Positions 61,007 to 64,000 of a stretch of DNA of 64,000 nt are shown here, in pieces. This stretch comes from Candidatus Limimorpha sp. GTDB taxonomy: Bacteria; Bacteroidota; Bacteroidia; Bacteroidales; F082. The translations under genes and the position numbers were made by a program. Under the pieces are notes generated by a model. That model did not search any database. It was not told the DNA's origin and worked only from the letters and a program-made list of their open reading frames with translations. Where the stretch lies: assembly GCA_041842465.1 (NCBI GenBank), contig JBGYXG010000040.1:1788-65787 (forward strand), in the 5' to 3' direction. The stretch's first letter is position 1; each line of letters opens with the position of its first letter.

Positions 61007-64000
61007 ATGAAAAACTTGTGTACAATTGTTTCGGTTTTGGTCTGCATGACCTTTTCTGCTACTGCGCAGCATAAATATGCAGTGCTGATTACGGGCGACT
61101 ATGCTGCCAAAGAACCTGAAATTCCTCTGGCAAACCAATGGAACCAAGGGCAAGGTAGAGGTCCGTTGGGCATGATGGAATTCTGGAACGACACATACCT
61201 GATGTGGGAAATGCTGCAAGCCAAGGGCTATAGCAGAGAAAACATTTTTGTGCTGTTTGCCAACGGCGAAGACTTTGTTTCGGAAAATCCAAGGTACCAA
61301 CCGCCTGCGGGGGTCACAGTGACCGATGCGGCGGCGACAAAAAGAAATGTCACAAATTTGTTCACCGATCTTCGTTATGGCACGAATGGGGTGCCGCGAA
61401 TTACAGAGGACGATTTCTTGTTTGTATGGATCTTTGACCATGGAGGTTCTTCCGGGGAAACTTCTTCTTATTTTTGTCTGATCAATGGTGAAAACATGAC
61501 CGACACAGAGTTCGCAGCATTGGTTAACCCGCTACCTTCCTATCGAAAAGCCTTTTGGATGCAGCAGTGCCATTCTGGAGGTTTTGCTGATGAATTGTCT
61601 GCAACCAACACGGTTTTCATTTCTGCTTGTAAAGCCTATCAACAGGCGTGGCAGGCTGATGACATGACGAAGTATGGTGCCCCCGTCATTGAAAATGAAT
61701 ACTACAATGGCAGCAAATGTACTCATGGCGAGTTTAACTTTCACATGATTTCCGTCACCAACCAAGAGTCTCCCGGCGGATTGAACCATTATGATGACAC
61801 GCTTTACTCGACCGGAGACCTCAATGTCGATGGTTTTATTTCCATGACAGAAGCCCATCAGTGGAACTTAGAGCATAATTCAAGAACGACAGAGGCTGGA
61901 TTATACCCGGCATCTTTTTGCGAAGATCCTGTTTGTGATGATGTAAGTCACATTGGTGGCAAAACTACGTTTGATTATCCGACATTGTTATCCGACGGCT
62001 TGACGGGTAGTGAAACACACCGAGGCATCATTGGTGTTTCAAAGGATTTGCATGTTGCAAACGGACAAAGCCTCACTTTTACGGGGAAAAGTGACGTAAC
62101 GCTCTGCAATGCCGCGAAAATCATTGTCGATGCCGGTGGCTCTTTGGTTATTGACGGTGAGGTGAATTTCCACGGATTGAACGACAATTCATTGGAAATA
62201 CATGGAGATATTGTCCAAAATACGGGCTCGTCCCTGAATTTCTACGACATGCAGGTCTTTGCCGATGCGCCGGTGTTTTCCATAACTGGTGCATCTTTCA
62301 TCAACACGGAGGTGAAATACAAACCACAAAATTCATCGTCCCTGCAAGCGTATTCATCGGTGGGCGATGTGAGCATCCGGAACTGTCAGTTTTATAATCC
62401 GATGAAGAGCAATGCCATTGTTATCGAGAACAGCCGTAATTTTGACGTGTATGGGAATACCGTCAGCGCTTCCGATAGGAATGGAATTTACGTGTATCGT
62501 TGTGGAAATGTAACTTCCGGCAAAGTCATCAACAGAAAAATCCGGAACAACGAGATATTCGGATGCAACGGTGGCGGATTGGTGATGTATGCATCCACAG
62601 GCGATGTGCTGATGAACAGCATCCATGGAAACGGCGTAGGCGTAAAATTGCTCAACAGGTGCAACGTGTTGAACTTCAAAGGAAATTGTTCCGCTTCTGT
62701 TGCAACACAAACGCAACACATTCACGACAACGTTTCCTGCGAAATATACATGACATCGAACTGTAACCCCAATCTGATGCGTTACAATTCAATCCACAAG
62801 GAGAACGCCGGCAATGTTCCTTTCATGTATTACGACAACACCGTCGCATTCGGGGAACCGCAACAAAGTGAAAGGGGAAATATTGATGTCAGATGGAATG
62901 AATGGGGTGACAATTTCAATCCTGATATGCATTTGCACAGCACCTCTACGATGGTGGGTTATGACTACCTTCCTTACTGGAGCTTTAGCGATTGTTCCAA
63001 TGAGACTTCCCCCGACAAAAGGCTCTTGGCAATGGCCGATTCGCTAAGCGATGCGGAAGATTATCCTGCCGCCAAATCGGTTTACATGCAGGTGGTGAAC
63101 GACTATCCGGGTACGGTCAGCGCCGAAACGGCCTTGAAGGCCTTGCTGCCTCTGGAAAGTCTTGCCAATGGCGATTACGAAGCATTGAAACAGTATTACT
63201 CGAACGATAGCACCATAGCTTCGGACGAGGTGCTTGCCGGCTTGTCTTCCTACCTTTCCAACCGCTGCAACGAAAGCACGGGCAACTATGCCGAAGCCAT
63301 AGCTTGGTACGAGGATGTCATCACCAATCCCGAAACATCATATTGCGACAGTGTCTTTGCCATCATTGACCTTGGCGACCTGTATTTGGAAATGGAGGAA
63401 AACGGAATTAGAGCCATCGGGAAATTGTCGCAATTCATACCGGAATCAAGAGGGGAGCACGTGACTCATACGGAAGAGATTCTTTCCATGATCCCTGCAA
63501 ATACCATGCGTGAACCCCAACTGCCTTTTTGGATTGATATTGTCACTTCCCAACCCGAAGGCTATGTGGCGGATGCCGACGGCAATGTGGAGATTTCCAC
63601 AGCCGAGGGTTTGGCCTGGCTGATTTCCACCGTGAACGGGCTGAACGGATGTCAACCGGACAATTTCGACGGCCGCACTGTGAAATTGACAGCCGATATC
63701 ATGCTCAATGCCACAGAGCCAAGACTATTCACGCCTATCGGTCGCCGTGAAACCCCTTTTATGGGTGTCTTTGACGGGAGTAATTACAGCATTGAAGGTT
63801 TGTTTGTTAATTATAACGTTTATGACTTTGACACTACATTCTTGTTCGACATGGGCATGTTCGGTTACATACGCCATGCTACGGTAAGGGATGTAAACGC
63901 GGATCATGGATACATTGCACATAACAGATCCGGTCCCGATGGATGGTACCAGGCTTGCCTGGTCGGATTTTCCGATTCCCTCTCCCTGGTGGAGGACTGC
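61007..64000 (+). CDS. very large secreted multidomain protein: clan-CD cysteine-peptidase-like domain, parallel beta-helix repeats, TPR-like region and a further module (3' end outside the window)
   Basis: I translated the frame by hand. It is open for 998 codons to the window edge and is absent from the ORF track because it has no stop. Signal peptide MKNLCTIVSVLVCMTFSATAQ. The His/Cys dyad candidates are FVWIFDHGG and FWMQQCHSGGF. PbH1-like repeats include IRNNEIFGCNGGGLVMY and NSIHGNGVGVKL. Confidence 0.8.
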   Translation, partial: MKNLCTIVSVLVCMTFSATAQHKYAVLITGDYAAKEPEIPLANQWNQGQGRGPLGMMEFWNDTYLMWEMLQAKGYSRENIFVLFANGEDFVSENPRYQPPAGVTVTDAAATKRNVTNLFTDLRYGTNGVPRITEDDFLFVWIFDHGGSSGETSSYFCLINGENMTDTEFAALVNPLPSYRKAFWMQQCHSGGFADELSATNTVFISACKAYQQAWQADDMTKYGAPVIENEYYNGSKCTHGEFNFHMISVTNQESPGGLNHYDDTLYSTGDLNVDGFISMTEAHQWNLEHNSRTTEAGLYPASFCEDPVCDDVSHIGGKTTFDYPTLLSDGLTGSETHRGIIGVSKDLHVANGQSLTFTGKSDVTLCNAAKIIVDAGGSLVIDGEVNFHGLNDNSLEIHGDIVQNTGSSLNFYDMQVFADAPVFSITGASFINTEVKYKPQNSSSLQAYSSVGDVSIRNCQFYNPMKSNAIVIENSRNFDVYGNTVSASDRNGIYVYRCGNVTSGKVINRKIRNNEIFGCNGGGLVMYASTGDVLMNSIHGNGVGVKLLNRCNVLNFKGNCSASVATQTQHIHDNVSCEIYMTSNCNPNLMRYNSIHKENAGNVPFMYYDNTVAFGEPQQSERGNIDVRWNEWGDNFNPDMHLHSTSTMVGYDYLPYWSFSDCSNETSPDKRLLAMADSLSDAEDYPAAKSVYMQVVNDYPGTVSAETALKALLPLESLANGDYEALKQYYSNDSTIASDEVLAGLSSYLSNRCNESTGNYAEAIAWYEDVITNPETSYCDSVFAIIDLGDLYLEMEENGIRAIGKLSQFIPESRGEHVTHTEEILSMIPANTMREPQLPFWIDIVTSQPEGYVADADGNVEISTAEGLAWLISTVNGLNGCQPDNFDGRTVKLTADIMLNATEPRLFTPIGRRETPFMGVFDGSNYSIEGLFVNYNVYDFDTTFLFDMGMFGYIRHATVRDVNADHGYIAHNRSGPDGWYQACLVGFSDSLSLVEDC

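Overview
The window looks like chromosomal DNA from an anaerobic Bacteroidota (Bacteroidales-like) genome. The evidence is the repeated TAnnTTTG -7 promoter boxes, lipoprotein and TonB-dependent receptor content, and a fermentative redox gene set. About 55 genes are dense and mostly housekeeping: rpsA, tgt, lptF/G, kdsB, trmB, pcm, clpXP-tig, dapD, ruvX, def, sufSE, pepT and aspA. There are also tRNA-Leu(TAG), tRNA-His(GTG) and a cobalamin riboswitch upstream of a btuB-like receptor.

The most interesting block is 6.07-18.13 kb, a co-directional redox/H2 island. In order it encodes Rex, an Fe-alcohol dehydrogenase, a small 4-Cys protein, a sensory-type [FeFe]-hydrogenase (HydS-like, with a PAS tail) overlapping a PP2C phosphatase, NfnAB, a trimeric bifurcating-type hydrogenase HydCBA, and a second small 4-Cys paralogue. 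No kinase or partner-switch gene is visible for the sensor/phosphatase pair.

Other points worth a second look:
- a mini-NosR/NapH-like membrane protein with a flavinylation motif, next to a membrane-anchored nitroreductase-flavin reductase fusion (27.1-29.4 kb)
- an HTH-fused orphan N6-adenine methyltransferase packed against an acyltransferase and a LicA-type kinase (30.8-34.4 kb)
- two tandem small secreted low-complexity proteins, one with three evenly spaced Cys-Cys doublets (24.0-25.0 kb)
- an NlpC/P60 gene whose signal peptide is cut off by an in-frame TAG (37.13 kb)
- a decaying accessory edge at 59.4-64.0 kb: a frameshifted TPR lipoprotein gene, a GC-rich internally deleted IS30-family relic with 10-bp terminal inverted repeats, and a very large secreted protein (clan-CD peptidase-like domain plus beta-helix plus TPR) that runs off the window

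No CRISPR array, rRNA, integrase or recognisable defence operon was seen. All family calls come from reading motifs by eye. No database search was run.
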